Of a stretch of 64,000 nt of DNA, positions 37,410-46,640 are shown piece by piece. Each line of letters begins with the position of its first letter. Position 1 is the first letter of the stretch. The DNA is from an uncultured Candidatus Micrarchaeota archaeon (GTDB taxonomy: Archaea; Micrarchaeota; Micrarchaeia; Norongarragalinales; CAINOH01). Under the pieces are notes generated by a model. The model saw nothing but the letters and a program-made list of their open reading frames with translations. It searched no databases and was not told the origin of the DNA. The stretch covers positions 261,784 to 325,783 of the forward strand of contig CAINOH010000009.1 of assembly GCA_903851445.1 (NCBI GenBank), given 5' to 3'. Made by a program: the position numbers and the translations under genes.

Positions 37410-38795
37410 ATGCGTGGCCAGGGTGCATTCGAGTATCTTTTGATTATAGGCGGAAGCGTGCTGCTTGCGTCAATCACGCTAATGTTCGTGCAGGGAAACC
37501 TCAACACAATCTCGCCTAACATAAACGCAACCCGCCTGACAGCTGCAGTGGGGCTTTCGTGCTCGGACTGCGACGCGGTATTCGTCAACGAAGGCCAACC
37601 CAAGAGCATCACGCGGTCAATGCTCGCAGATGACGTCAACTTCACCTATACATCCATCTACAACTCGACCTGGAATGTGAGCGGCAACAACCAGTATTCC
37701 ACAGTGACAGGCAACGTCGGCATCGGCCAGTCCAGCCCCAGTTATAATTTAGATGTCGGTGGCAACGTTCACGCGACAGGAAATATGACGCTTGACTCCA
37801 GCGGGTGGTTAAACAGCAGCAGCGGTTTTGCGGATTCCGGCATCGATTTCGGTTACGGCTCCAAAATCACCAGGCGTGCGTTAGACGGCCGAATACAGTA
37901 CACGTCCCAGAGCGGCGTTCACGAATTCGTCGGCAGCGTCGGCATCGGAACTGCGAGCCCTTCAGGAAAGCTCGGCATCCAAGGAACTGGCGGGTCGTGG
38001 TCCTCGTATAATTTTGATAATACCCTGACTATAGATGCCAATGGGATTACACACACTGCTATAGGCGTTAAATCGGGCACCACTTACTATGCAATCGGGT
38101 TTGGGTACAGCGGTAGCGAGGTTGATTTCATGAGGATGCCTGCGTTCGGGAACACAACCGCGGCGCCGAAGTTTGACTTGGTTATTTCCAATGGCAATGT
38201 CGGCGTCGGCACAACGACTCCTGCGGTTCCTCTGGACGTCAGTGGTTATTTGCACGTTTCTGGTAATGCCAGTCCTGTGACAACGTCGCAAGGCGCCTAC
38301 CTGGATTGGAACGCGCTTAATGGCGGAACCGGGGAAACCGATTTCATCAACAACCAGGGCGGCGGTACGGGCGGGTTTGCCTTCATGAACACGAACTCAA
38401 CCGGCACGCCGCGCAACACGCTAGTTGTTATCAACGGGTCCGGATACGTGGGCGTCGGCACGACTTCTCCTGCGGCGAAGCTCGAGGTCAACGGCAAGAT
38501 TCTGATGGACAGCGCAACAGTTTCAACTGATTCCGCTACAACTGTTGCGACGAAGGGCTATGTGGATTCCAAGGTTTCATCTTATTCTGCCTCCGCGTGC
38601 GTCACTGTTAGCGTCACTAATCCTAATCCGTCCGGCAACTGCGCCTGCGTTGCCACTTGTCCGGCCGGGTATTATGTAACCGGCGGCGGAGGCTCTACTG
38701 GAACTTTGACCGCAAGCTATCCTACAAACAATAGTGCTTGGTTCATATCAGGCTATTGTCCCGTTATTATATGCTACGCGCGCTGCTGCCCATAG
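37410..38795 (+). CDS. Class III signal-peptide adhesin/minor pilin with tail-fibre-like repeats and Cys-rich C-terminal domain
   Basis: [15 protein letters not shown] prepilin cleavage motif, four G.VG(I/V)G..SP...L.V.G repeats, C-terminal CPAGYYVTGGGG...YARCC. Confidence 0.8.
   Translation: MRGQGAFEYLLIIGGSVLLASITLMFVQGNLNTISPNINATRLTAAVGLSCSDCDAVFVNEGQPKSITRSMLADDVNFTYTSIYNSTWNVSGNNQYSTVTGNVGIGQSSPSYNLDVGGNVHATGNMTLDSSGWLNSSSGFADSGIDFGYGSKITRRALDGRIQYTSQSGVHEFVGSVGIGTASPSGKLGIQGTGGSWSSYNFDNTLTIDANGITHTAIGVKSGTTYYAIGFGYSGSEVDFMRMPAFGNTTAAPKFDLVISNGNVGVGTTTPAVPLDVSGYLHVSGNASPVTTSQGAYLDWNALNGGTGETDFINNQGGGTGGFAFMNTNSTGTPRNTLVVINGSGYVGVGTTSPAAKLEVNGKILMDSATVSTDSATTVATKGYVDSKVSSYSASACVTVSVTNPNPSGNCACVATCPAGYYVTGGGGSTGTLTASYPTNNSAWFISGYCPVIICYARCCP
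37710..38500 (+). repeat. Four intragenic GNVGIG-type repeats
   Basis: Repeat starts near 37710, 37932, 38193 and 38442, with unrelated spacers between them. Confidence 0.75.
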
Positions 38796-38811
38796 CGCTG
38801 CATTTCTTTCC

Positions 38812-40134
38812 TTATTTTTTATTTTCCCTTTTCCCCGACACTTTGCTTTGATTTTCCTTTTCCGCAAGGCCCGAAAAGCGCGAGCCCTTGAAATCAAGCG
38901 TGGCGAAGTAGTCTGCCTCGGTCTCGGTCCGGCGAATAAGCTTGAACGCGCCGCCCTTCTGCAGCAGGAATTCCGCAGAGCGCAGCTTTCCGTTGTAGTT
39001 GAAGCCCATAGAGTAGCCGTGCGCTCCGGTCTCGTGGATTACAACCAGGTCTCCTGGCTCGATTTTCGGGAGCTTCCGCTGTATCGCGAACTTGTCGTTG
39101 TTCTCGCACAGGCTGCCGGTAACGTCATACAAACAGTCCTTGGGCGCGTTCTCCTTTCCAAGAACCGTAATGTGGTGGTACGCGCCATACAAAGCAGGTC
39201 GCATCAAATTCGCCATGCACGCGTCCAGGCCGACGTAGTCGCGGTACTTGTGCGCAACGTGCCGCACGCGCGAAACAAGGTAGCCGTGGGGGCCGGTGAT
39301 TGCCCTGCCGCTCTCCATTACGATGCGCACGGGCGCAAGCCCGTTTGCGACGATGATTTCCTCGTATGTTTTGCGCACCCCATCAGCATACAGTTCAATG
39401 TCAACAGCGTGGTCGTCCGGCTTGTAGGGAATTCCGATTCCGCCGCCGAGGTTAATGAAATCGAACCTGATGTCGACCTGCCTGTTGATTTCAACGGCAA
39501 GTTCAAAGAGCATCCGCGCAGTCTCGATGAGGTATTTCTCGTCGCGCATGTTGGATACTATCATCGTGTGCAGCCCGAACCTCTTTGCGCCTTTTTTCTT
39601 CGCAATCTCATACGCTTTGAAAATCTGCTCGCGGGTAAGCCCGTACTTTGCCTCAACCGGGTTTCCAATAATCACGTTTCCCTCGCGCAGGGGGCCGGGG
39701 TTGTAACGGAAGCACACTAGTTCAGGGATTCCAGCGGATTTTTCCAGAAACTCGATGTGCGTGATGTCGTCGAGGTTGATTATCGCGCCAAGCTCCCTTG
39801 CCTTTACGAATTCCCCTGCAGGCGTGTCGTTTGAGGTGAACATTATTTCCTCGCCGGACAGCCCGACAGCATCAGCAAGCATCAGCTCGGCTTGCGAGCT
39901 GCAGTCAGCTCCCATCCCTTCCTCCTTGAGGATTTGCATTATGTATGGGTTTGGGAGCGCCTTTACTGCAAAGTAATTCTTGAATCCGCCTGCCCCTACC
40001 CACGAAAAGGCCCTGTAGAGCCGCCTTGCGGTTGCCCTGATTGCCGGCTCGTCGTAGATGTGGAACGGAGTCGGGTGCTTTTTCTCAAGCTCCTCGATTT
40101 GGATTTTTGTAAAGGGGATTGGTTTCTCGGTCAT
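38812..40134 (-). CDS. lysA: Diaminopimelate decarboxylase
   Basis: FAVKALPN (PLP lysine), EAKYG, NLGGGIG, ESGRAI, TGSLCENND, GAHGYSMGFNYNG. Confidence 0.93.
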   Translation of the reverse strand: MTEKPIPFTKIQIEELEKKHPTPFHIYDEPAIRATARRLYRAFSWVGAGGFKNYFAVKALPNPYIMQILKEEGMGADCSSQAELMLADAVGLSGEEIMFTSNDTPAGEFVKARELGAIINLDDITHIEFLEKSAGIPELVCFRYNPGPLREGNVIIGNPVEAKYGLTREQIFKAYEIAKKKGAKRFGLHTMIVSNMRDEKYLIETARMLFELAVEINRQVDIRFDFINLGGGIGIPYKPDDHAVDIELYADGVRKTYEEIIVANGLAPVRIVMESGRAITGPHGYLVSRVRHVAHKYRDYVGLDACMANLMRPALYGAYHHITVLGKENAPKDCLYDVTGSLCENNDKFAIQRKLPKIEPGDLVVIHETGAHGYSMGFNYNGKLRSAEFLLQKGGAFKLIRRTETEADYFATLDFKGSRFSGLAEKENQSKVSGKRENKK

Positions 40135-40160
40135 TTCGAATCATCTTCGGAGCCATTCGT

Positions 40161-41390
40161 TCAAATCTTCAAGTTCTTTTTGATGCTCTCAACGGCATCC
40201 TCGATGTCCTTTCGGTGCCCGAACGCGCTCACGCGGATGAATCCTTCGCCGTGAGGCCCGAAGCCGGCGCCAGGCGTGGTGACTACGTGCGCCTGAGAAA
40301 GAAGCGCGTCAAAGAAGTCCCAGGATTTTTTGCCATCGGGCGTTTTTACCCACAGGAATGGCGCGTTCACTCCGCCGTACACTTTGAGCCCGATTGCGGA
40401 AAGGCCCTCGCGGATTATGCGGGCGTTTTCCATGTAGTATCCGATGGTATCCTGGCACTCCTTTTGTCCCTGCTCGCTGAGCGCGGCGATGCCGCCCTCT
40501 TGGGCGATGTTGGATGCTCCGTTGAAGAAAGTGCATTGCCGCCGGTTCCACATCCCATTGAGCTTTCCTGCAGCCGCGTCCTCGCATGCAAGTTCCATCG
40601 GCACAACAGTCCAGCCGAGGCGCACGCCGGTAAAGCCGGCTGACTTTGAGAAGCTGTTGACCTCGATTGCGCATTCCTTCGCTCCCTCGACTTGGTAGAT
40701 GCTTTTCGGGAGCGCTGGGTCGGAAATATATTGTGAGTAGGCTGAATCGAAGATGATTACTGCCAGGTTCTTTTTGGCGTAATCAACAAATTTCGCAAGC
40801 TGCTCCTTGGTTGCGGCCGCTCCGGTGGGGTTGTTTGGCGAGCACAGGTAAACCAGGTCAACCTTTTGCTTCGGCACTTGTGGAAAGAACCCGTTCTCCT
40901 CGGTGCAGGGCATATAGACTATCCGTTCATAGCGTCCCTTGGCGGCGTCGAATTTTCCGGCGCGGCCTGCAATCACGTTCGTGTCAACGTAAACGGGGTA
41001 GGCTGGGTCCTGTACGGCCACGACGCAGTCTTGCGAGAATATCGACTGTATGTTTCCGGCGTCGGGTTTTGCGCCGTCGCTTACGAAGATTTCCTTTTCA
41101 GTAAGCGCAATGCCTGACTTTGCGTATCGGCCCGCGATTGCGGCGCGCAGCCGCAACTCGCCCTGCTCGTCGCCGTACCCCGAATATGTCTCCACCTTCG
41201 CAAGCCTGTCCGCGGCCTTCTTCAGCCCGTCAACCACGAATGGTGAAAGGGGTTCGGTGGTGTTGCCTATCCCGAGCCGCAGGAGTTTTGTTGCGGGATT
41301 CTTTTCCTGGAATGCTTTCGCTCTCTTTGCAATCTCAGGAAAGAGGTATCCTGCTGCAAGCAGGCCGTAGTTTGCGTTTGTCCGTGCCAT
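40161..41390 (-). CDS. dapL: LL-diaminopimelate aminotransferase
   Basis: YLFPEI, LGIGNTTEP, YSGYGDEQG, SDGAKPD, CSPNNPTG, SFSKSAGFTGVRLGW, FNGASNIAQ.GG. Confidence 0.95.
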   Translation of the reverse strand: MARTNANYGLLAAGYLFPEIAKRAKAFQEKNPATKLLRLGIGNTTEPLSPFVVDGLKKAADRLAKVETYSGYGDEQGELRLRAAIAGRYAKSGIALTEKEIFVSDGAKPDAGNIQSIFSQDCVVAVQDPAYPVYVDTNVIAGRAGKFDAAKGRYERIVYMPCTEENGFFPQVPKQKVDLVYLCSPNNPTGAAATKEQLAKFVDYAKKNLAVIIFDSAYSQYISDPALPKSIYQVEGAKECAIEVNSFSKSAGFTGVRLGWTVVPMELACEDAAAGKLNGMWNRRQCTFFNGASNIAQEGGIAALSEQGQKECQDTIGYYMENARIIREGLSAIGLKVYGGVNAPFLWVKTPDGKKSWDFFDALLSQAHVVTTPGAGFGPHGEGFIRVSAFGHRKDIEDAVESIKKNLKI

Positions 41391-41591
41391 GGCTTTAGTA
41401 TTAGGGAGCAAAAGGCATAAATGCCGCTCGCTACGAAATTCGTAGTAAAGTAGTGGTTTTATATGCTTTTATGGCCATTTTTCTTAGATTTTCGTGGAAA
41501 GTCTTGCGAATGTCGTTTGGGCGTTTCGCCCGCTGCTGCTTACTTGCAAGAAGCGATAATTTCCGGCTTTCCATCCTCGGGGGTCTTTGAT

Positions 41592-42614
41592 ATGAAAGGT
41601 TTATCCAGTTGTATGCCTGCGCTTGTCGTGCCGTTCTCGGCCGGCGAAGTCGACTATGAGTGCTACCGCGGCCTGCTTGAGTTCCAAAAATCGCAGGGCA
41701 CCACGCACGCCATAGTCAATGGCACAACAGGCGAGAGCCCGACTCTTACAGATGCGGAGCAGGACAAGCTCGTGTCTTTGGCGTCCACGCAGCTTTCCGT
41801 TGTCGCGGGAACCGGGAGCAACAGCACGGAAAAGGCGTTGAAGAGGAGCGCGGAGGCGCTGGAGCTTGGCGCATCGGCGCTTCTTTTGATGGACCCGTAC
41901 TACAATGGCCCGTCCTCGCTTGAGATAAGAAAGGAATACTACGAGCCGGTTGCCGAGAAGTTCTCCTGCCCGATAATCCCATATGTGATTCCGGGGCGGT
42001 GCGGGTGCGAGCTTTCGGTGTACGACCTTGCGCTCCTTTCAAAGGAGCACAAAAACATATTTGCAGTAAAGGAGGCCACTGGCAACCTTGAGCGGATGAA
42101 GCTTACGCGCTCGCTATGCCCCGACTTGATGATTTACTCGGGTGACGACGACCTTACCTTCAGGATGATTTCCGACAAGGCCATAGCCGCGGCTGGTGTC
42201 ATCTCGGTTGCGACAAATGTATTCCCTGCAGCTGTACGCAAGATGGTGGACCTGGCGCTTGCGGGAAAAACCGAGGAAGCATCCGCGCTCAACGCCGCGA
42301 TGTCTCCGCTGTTTTCCGCGCTGACTGTCAAGTCAACGGTCAAGGAGCCATACGGCTATCCTGGCGAGGTAGTCCAGAAGTTCCGCAACCCGCTAGGCTA
42401 CAAGACGCTGATGGCCGGGCTTGGGATGATGGAGTTCGGGTGCCGCAGGCCGCTTGGAAAAATGGACAAGGCAGGGGTGGAGTTCGTGCGCGCAGCAGCG
42501 CGCAAAGTGTGGCAGAACAACCCGGAAATCCTTTCGCCGCTTGAGTCCGCGTTCGACGTCGACCTGACTGCCCGGATAGAGGACGACGCAAACTGGGGAA
42601 TGTACTATGGTTAG
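41592..42614 (+). CDS. dapA: 4-hydroxy-tetrahydrodipicolinate synthase
   Basis: GTTGESPTL, GTGSNST, PYYNGP, AVKEATG, YSGDDD, GVISVATN. Confidence 0.92.
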   Translation: MKGLSSCMPALVVPFSAGEVDYECYRGLLEFQKSQGTTHAIVNGTTGESPTLTDAEQDKLVSLASTQLSVVAGTGSNSTEKALKRSAEALELGASALLLMDPYYNGPSSLEIRKEYYEPVAEKFSCPIIPYVIPGRCGCELSVYDLALLSKEHKNIFAVKEATGNLERMKLTRSLCPDLMIYSGDDDLTFRMISDKAIAAAGVISVATNVFPAAVRKMVDLALAGKTEEASALNAAMSPLFSALTVKSTVKEPYGYPGEVVQKFRNPLGYKTLMAGLGMMEFGCRRPLGKMDKAGVEFVRAAARKVWQNNPEILSPLESAFDVDLTARIEDDANWGMYYG

Positions 42615-43299
42615 GATTTGCATTTTGGGATATGGAAAGATGGGCCGGGCGATTGCCGAGGAAGTTGCGAAAGGCAAGGATGCCAAGGTCACGGTAATTG
42701 TCGACCGCTCCGAGGAGGCGCCAGGAATAGTCCGGCCGGAGAACATCGCGTCCAAGCTTTCCGATTTTGACGTAATCATAGACTTCAGCTCCGCAGTGTC
42801 CAACCCCGTGCTTGTCGAGTGCGCAAAAGCAGGCAAGAGAATCGTAGTTGGCACAACTGCGCGGACAGCAGCTCAGGATGCCGAGCTTGCAGCTGCGGTA
42901 AAGGCAGGAAAGTCAAGCGCGGTGATGGCGCCAAACTTCTCAATAGGGATGAACGCGCTCTTTGCGCTCCTTTCGCAGGCGGACAAGCTCCTTCCGGGCT
43001 ACGACCGCGAGATTGTTGAGGAGCACCACAACCAGAAAAAGGACGCGCCGTCCGGCACCGCAAAGAAGCTCGCGTCAATAATCAACCTCGACCAATCGAA
43101 GGTGCACGCAATCCGCGCTGGCGAGATTTTCGGCGAGCACGAGATAATTTTCGCTGCAAACGGCGAGGTGGTGCGGCTTTCGCACTCCGCACTTTCGCGC
43201 AGGTGCTTTGCAAACGGCGCAGTACGCGCGGCACTATGGCTTCCCAACAAGTCCGACGGCAAGGTCCATTCTTTTTCGGAGGTTCTGGGGATTGAATAG
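42607..43299 (+). CDS. dapB: 4-hydroxy-tetrahydrodipicolinate reductase
   Basis: GYGKMG, DVIIDFS, VVGTT, APNFSIG, EEHHNQKKDAPSGTA, FANGA. Confidence 0.95.
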   Translation: MVRICILGYGKMGRAIAEEVAKGKDAKVTVIVDRSEEAPGIVRPENIASKLSDFDVIIDFSSAVSNPVLVECAKAGKRIVVGTTARTAAQDAELAAAVKAGKSSAVMAPNFSIGMNALFALLSQADKLLPGYDREIVEEHHNQKKDAPSGTAKKLASIINLDQSKVHAIRAGEIFGEHEIIFAANGEVVRLSHSALSRRCFANGAVRAALWLPNKSDGKVHSFSEVLGIE

Positions 43300-44701
43300 G
43301 AAGACCGTAGTCTGCAAGTTCGGAGGAGGCACGCTTTCCTGCCGCGAGGATTTCCTGCGCGCCTCCCGCATCATTTCCGCAAAGCCAGAGCGCGTCATCG
43401 CAGTCGTGTCAGCTGTGCAGGGAGTCACCGACAGGCTTGTGCGAAGCCTTGAGGAGAGCCGCAAGGCCGAAGGCTATGCAAAGGTCTTCTCCGAGGAGTT
43501 CTGCAAAACCCACAAGCAGGTTGCGGACATCCCCGAAATCGACATGCTTTCAGCGAAGCTCGAGTCCGCGCTTTTCAACTCCTATGCCGGCCACAGCCCG
43601 CGGCTTTCCGATTACGTGCTGTCCTTTGGCGAGCGCGCGTCAGCGGCGCTCCTGGGCCACTTTCTCGGGAAGTCCTGCAAGGTCCTTGACTCCGAGTCGG
43701 CAGGAATCGCGTCCAACGGAATCTACGGCAACGCGTCCTGCGACGTGGACAAGACGCGGGAGGGCTTTTGCGCGGCGTTGGATGCGGCAAAGGCCTCAAA
43801 AAACATAGTGGTCACCGGCTTTTACGGCATTGACCAGAACGGCAACGTGAACGTCTTCGGCCGGGGCGGCAGCGACTATTCCGCCGGAGTGATTACTGCG
43901 GTGTCCGGCGCGTCGCGGCTAGAGCTTTACAAGGACGTCGAGGGCTTCCTTGCAGCAGACCCGAAGATGGTCAAGAGCCCCCGGCTTTTGGAAGAGCTGT
44001 CGTTTTCAGAGGCGTCCGAACTAGGTTACTTTGGCGCCAAGATAATCCACCCCCGCACCTTCGACCCCATATCCGGGGCGAACGTGTGCGTGCAGATCCG
44101 GCCTGTTGCAAAACCCGAAAAGGTCGGCACAGTTATCCGCGAACGCGGGGAGGGTATGCACGTTGCCGCAATAGCGTCGCGCAAGGGTGCATCCCTTGTC
44201 GAGATTTATGGCGGCGGGATGGTGAATTCCTTCGGTGTCGCTGCCGAGATATTCACGCGCATGGCAAGGAGTCACATCAGCGTGGACGCAATAGCGACCT
44301 CGCAGACGAACATCTCCTTCACAATCGACCAGTCATCGAGCCTTCGCGCTTCGCAGGCTTTAGAGGCGCTCTCATTGGAACGGCCGGATGTGGTGTGGGT
44401 GTTCAAGGTCACCGACCACCAGGCCATGGTGTCGGTTGTCGGCGGCGCGCTCTCGGCCGAGTCAATCGCGCGCGCATTGCTCTGCCTGTACCGCGGGAAA
44501 ATCGGAATCAAGATGACTTCCTACGGCGCGTCCAAGATAAGCTTCTCGGCAGTGATTGACGTAAAGGATGAGCAGAAGGCTGTTGCCGCATTGTACTCCG
44601 AGTTCTTTTCAGGGGTAAAATCAGGCAGGGGTAATGCCGCCAGGATGGCTGTGCCTGCAAGGGCAGCCACTAAAAGGAAGCTGAAAAAGGCCGCGACCTA
44701 G
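43292..44701 (+). CDS. lysC: Aspartate kinase with ACT domains
   Basis: VCKFGGG, VVSA..GVTD, LSFGER.SA, FGRGGSDYSA, KDVEG...ADP, YFGAKIIHP. TTG start overlaps the dapB stop. Confidence 0.93.
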   Translation: MNRKTVVCKFGGGTLSCREDFLRASRIISAKPERVIAVVSAVQGVTDRLVRSLEESRKAEGYAKVFSEEFCKTHKQVADIPEIDMLSAKLESALFNSYAGHSPRLSDYVLSFGERASAALLGHFLGKSCKVLDSESAGIASNGIYGNASCDVDKTREGFCAALDAAKASKNIVVTGFYGIDQNGNVNVFGRGGSDYSAGVITAVSGASRLELYKDVEGFLAADPKMVKSPRLLEELSFSEASELGYFGAKIIHPRTFDPISGANVCVQIRPVAKPEKVGTVIRERGEGMHVAAIASRKGASLVEIYGGGMVNSFGVAAEIFTRMARSHISVDAIATSQTNISFTIDQSSSLRASQALEALSLERPDVVWVFKVTDHQAMVSVVGGALSAESIARALLCLYRGKIGIKMTSYGASKISFSAVIDVKDEQKAVAALYSEFFSGVKSGRGNAARMAVPARAATKRKLKKAAT

Positions 44702-44738
44702 GCAAACGTTGATTCTTCCAAGCAGGTGATTTTTTCAT

Positions 44739-45800
44739 ATGGACAAGTTGAATGCAGCAGTAGTCGGCGCAACGGGCATAGCAGGCCAGCAGTTCGTGGC
44801 AGCACTTGCAGGCCACCCGTGGTTTGAGGTTACCGCCCTTGCAGGCTCCGAGCGCTCGGCAGGAAAAAAGTACGTAGATGCGCTCTCCAAGGGAAGCTCG
44901 CTGCAGTGGTTCGCCGACGGCCCGGTGCCCGAGCAGATGCGCTCGATGGTGGTAGTGGATTCAAGCCAGCTTGACGCCTCTAAGTTCGACGTCATATTCA
45001 CCGCAGTCGAGTCCGAAGTTGCAAAAAGAATCGAGCCGCTCTACGCAAGGACAACACCCGTGTTCAGCACGGCATCCGCATTCCGCTACGAGCCCGACGT
45101 TCCGCTGATGATTTCCGGGGTGAACCTGGACCACGCAAGCCTCATCGAGGCGCAGAGAAAGAACCGCGGCTGGGAGGGGTTCGTCGCGCCAATTCCCAAT
45201 TGTACCACTACAGGAATGGCCGTGAGCCTGGCCCCGCTTGCAAAGTTCGGCATAGAATCGGTGGTGCTTGTATCGATGCAGGCAGTAAGCGGGGCCGGCC
45301 GCAGCCCGGGCGTGCTCGCCCTTGACATTACTGATAATGTGATTCCCTTCATCGACGGAGAGGAGGACAAGGTGATTGTCGAGACAAAGAAAATACTCGG
45401 CAAAGTCGATGTGGCGTCTGGCAAGGTTGCTGATGCGGAAATCGACGTGGCCACGTCGTGCAACCGCGTTGCAGTGCGCGAGGGGCACACCGAATCGGTG
45501 TTTGCGGTGCTTAAGGACCAGCCCGGACTAGACGAGGTTGCGAAAGCGTGGGAATCATTCGACCCCAAGCTCGGCGTCCCGAGCGAGCCCAGGCCGTTCA
45601 TCACATATCATCGCGACCCGTATAGGCCGCAGCCGCGGCTTGACCGCGACGCCTGCAACGGTCTTTCAACATCGGTTGGAAGGCTGCGAAAACCGGGCCG
45701 GTTCTATCAGTGGACCGTAGTGTCGCACAACACCAAGATTGGCGCTGCAAAGGGCGCGGTGCTCCTTGCGGAGTGCTTAAAGAAGAAGGGTTATTTGTGA
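44739..45800 (+). CDS. asd: Aspartate-semialdehyde dehydrogenase (archaeal type)
   Basis: VVGATG.AG, PNCTT, QAVSGAG, EEDK..ETKKILG, CNRV.V..GH, PQPRLDR, SHNTKIGAA.GA. Confidence 0.96.
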   Translation: MDKLNAAVVGATGIAGQQFVAALAGHPWFEVTALAGSERSAGKKYVDALSKGSSLQWFADGPVPEQMRSMVVVDSSQLDASKFDVIFTAVESEVAKRIEPLYARTTPVFSTASAFRYEPDVPLMISGVNLDHASLIEAQRKNRGWEGFVAPIPNCTTTGMAVSLAPLAKFGIESVVLVSMQAVSGAGRSPGVLALDITDNVIPFIDGEEDKVIVETKKILGKVDVASGKVADAEIDVATSCNRVAVREGHTESVFAVLKDQPGLDEVAKAWESFDPKLGVPSEPRPFITYHRDPYRPQPRLDRDACNGLSTSVGRLRKPGRFYQWTVVSHNTKIGAAKGAVLLAECLKKKGYL

Positions 45801-45849
45801 AAGCCACATTGAATTGGTGGCTATGTGGACAGACTAGAGGGATGCGGAA

Positions 45850-46257
45850 ATGGATGTGCTTGATTCGAGGATTCTTGCGCTTCTTTCAAAGAACTCAAGG
45901 CAGCCGAACAGCGCAATCGCAGCAGCCCTCGGCGTCTCGGAGGGCACGGTGCGCTCGCGGATACGCAACTTGGTGGAGGAAAAGCGGATCCGCAGGTTCA
46001 CAATCGAGACCGGCACCTACGGCTTCCGTGCGGTAATCCTCGTAAAGACCGACCCGTCCAAGCGCACCGAGGATGTACTCCACAGCCTGGTGCTGATGGA
46101 AGGCGTGCGCACCGCTTACGAAGTCAGCGGAAAGTGGGATGCTGTGCTCATCGCGTACTGCAAGGATGCAGAAGTATTCAACGACCTCATCGAGGCAGTG
46201 CGCACCAAGAAGGGCGTGCTTGAGACCGAGAGCTTGGTTGTGCTCAAGGCGCACTGA
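45850..46257 (+). CDS. Lrp/AsnC-family regulator
   Basis: DVLDSRIL..L..NSR, IAAALGVSEGTVRSRI..L, YEVSGKWD. Confidence 0.92.
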   Translation: MDVLDSRILALLSKNSRQPNSAIAAALGVSEGTVRSRIRNLVEEKRIRRFTIETGTYGFRAVILVKTDPSKRTEDVLHSLVLMEGVRTAYEVSGKWDAVLIAYCKDAEVFNDLIEAVRTKKGVLETESLVVLKAH

Positions 46258-46590
46258 TTATTTTTTCAGTTTCTCGTTGCTTGCCTGCATAGAGATTTCC
46301 TCGAGTGCCTTTTTGGCCGTGGCTATTGACTTGGGAGTCCATCCTTTGGCTTTGTTGGCCTCTATTGTCTGCCTTGCCTTGGTGATGTTTAGGGAAAGCG
46401 CCTCGGTCGCACGGTCGATGATTGATGGATGGACGTTCAATGCCATCGCCACGTCAAGGTGATGCTGGCCAAACCGGTTCTTTGCCGCCTCAATCTTTCC
46501 AAGGATTGCGCCTTTTTCGGGCCCGACATTGTGCAGTTTCAAGTAGCTCTCGACGTTATTCCTTCCTATAGCTTCCCTGCTTCCGGCCAT
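46258..46590 (-). CDS. Hypothetical small basic protein
   Basis: 110-aa ORF (alternative ATG 46614) that abuts the lrp stop convergently; no recognised motif. Confidence 0.55.
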   Translation of the reverse strand: MAGSREAIGRNNVESYLKLHNVGPEKGAILGKIEAAKNRFGQHHLDVAMALNVHPSIIDRATEALSLNITKARQTIEANKAKGWTPKSIATAKKALEEISMQASNEKLKK

Positions 46591-46640
46591 AACAAACCAC
46601 TCCACATATAGCATAATTGAATTTCTTTGCATCCTTGTCC

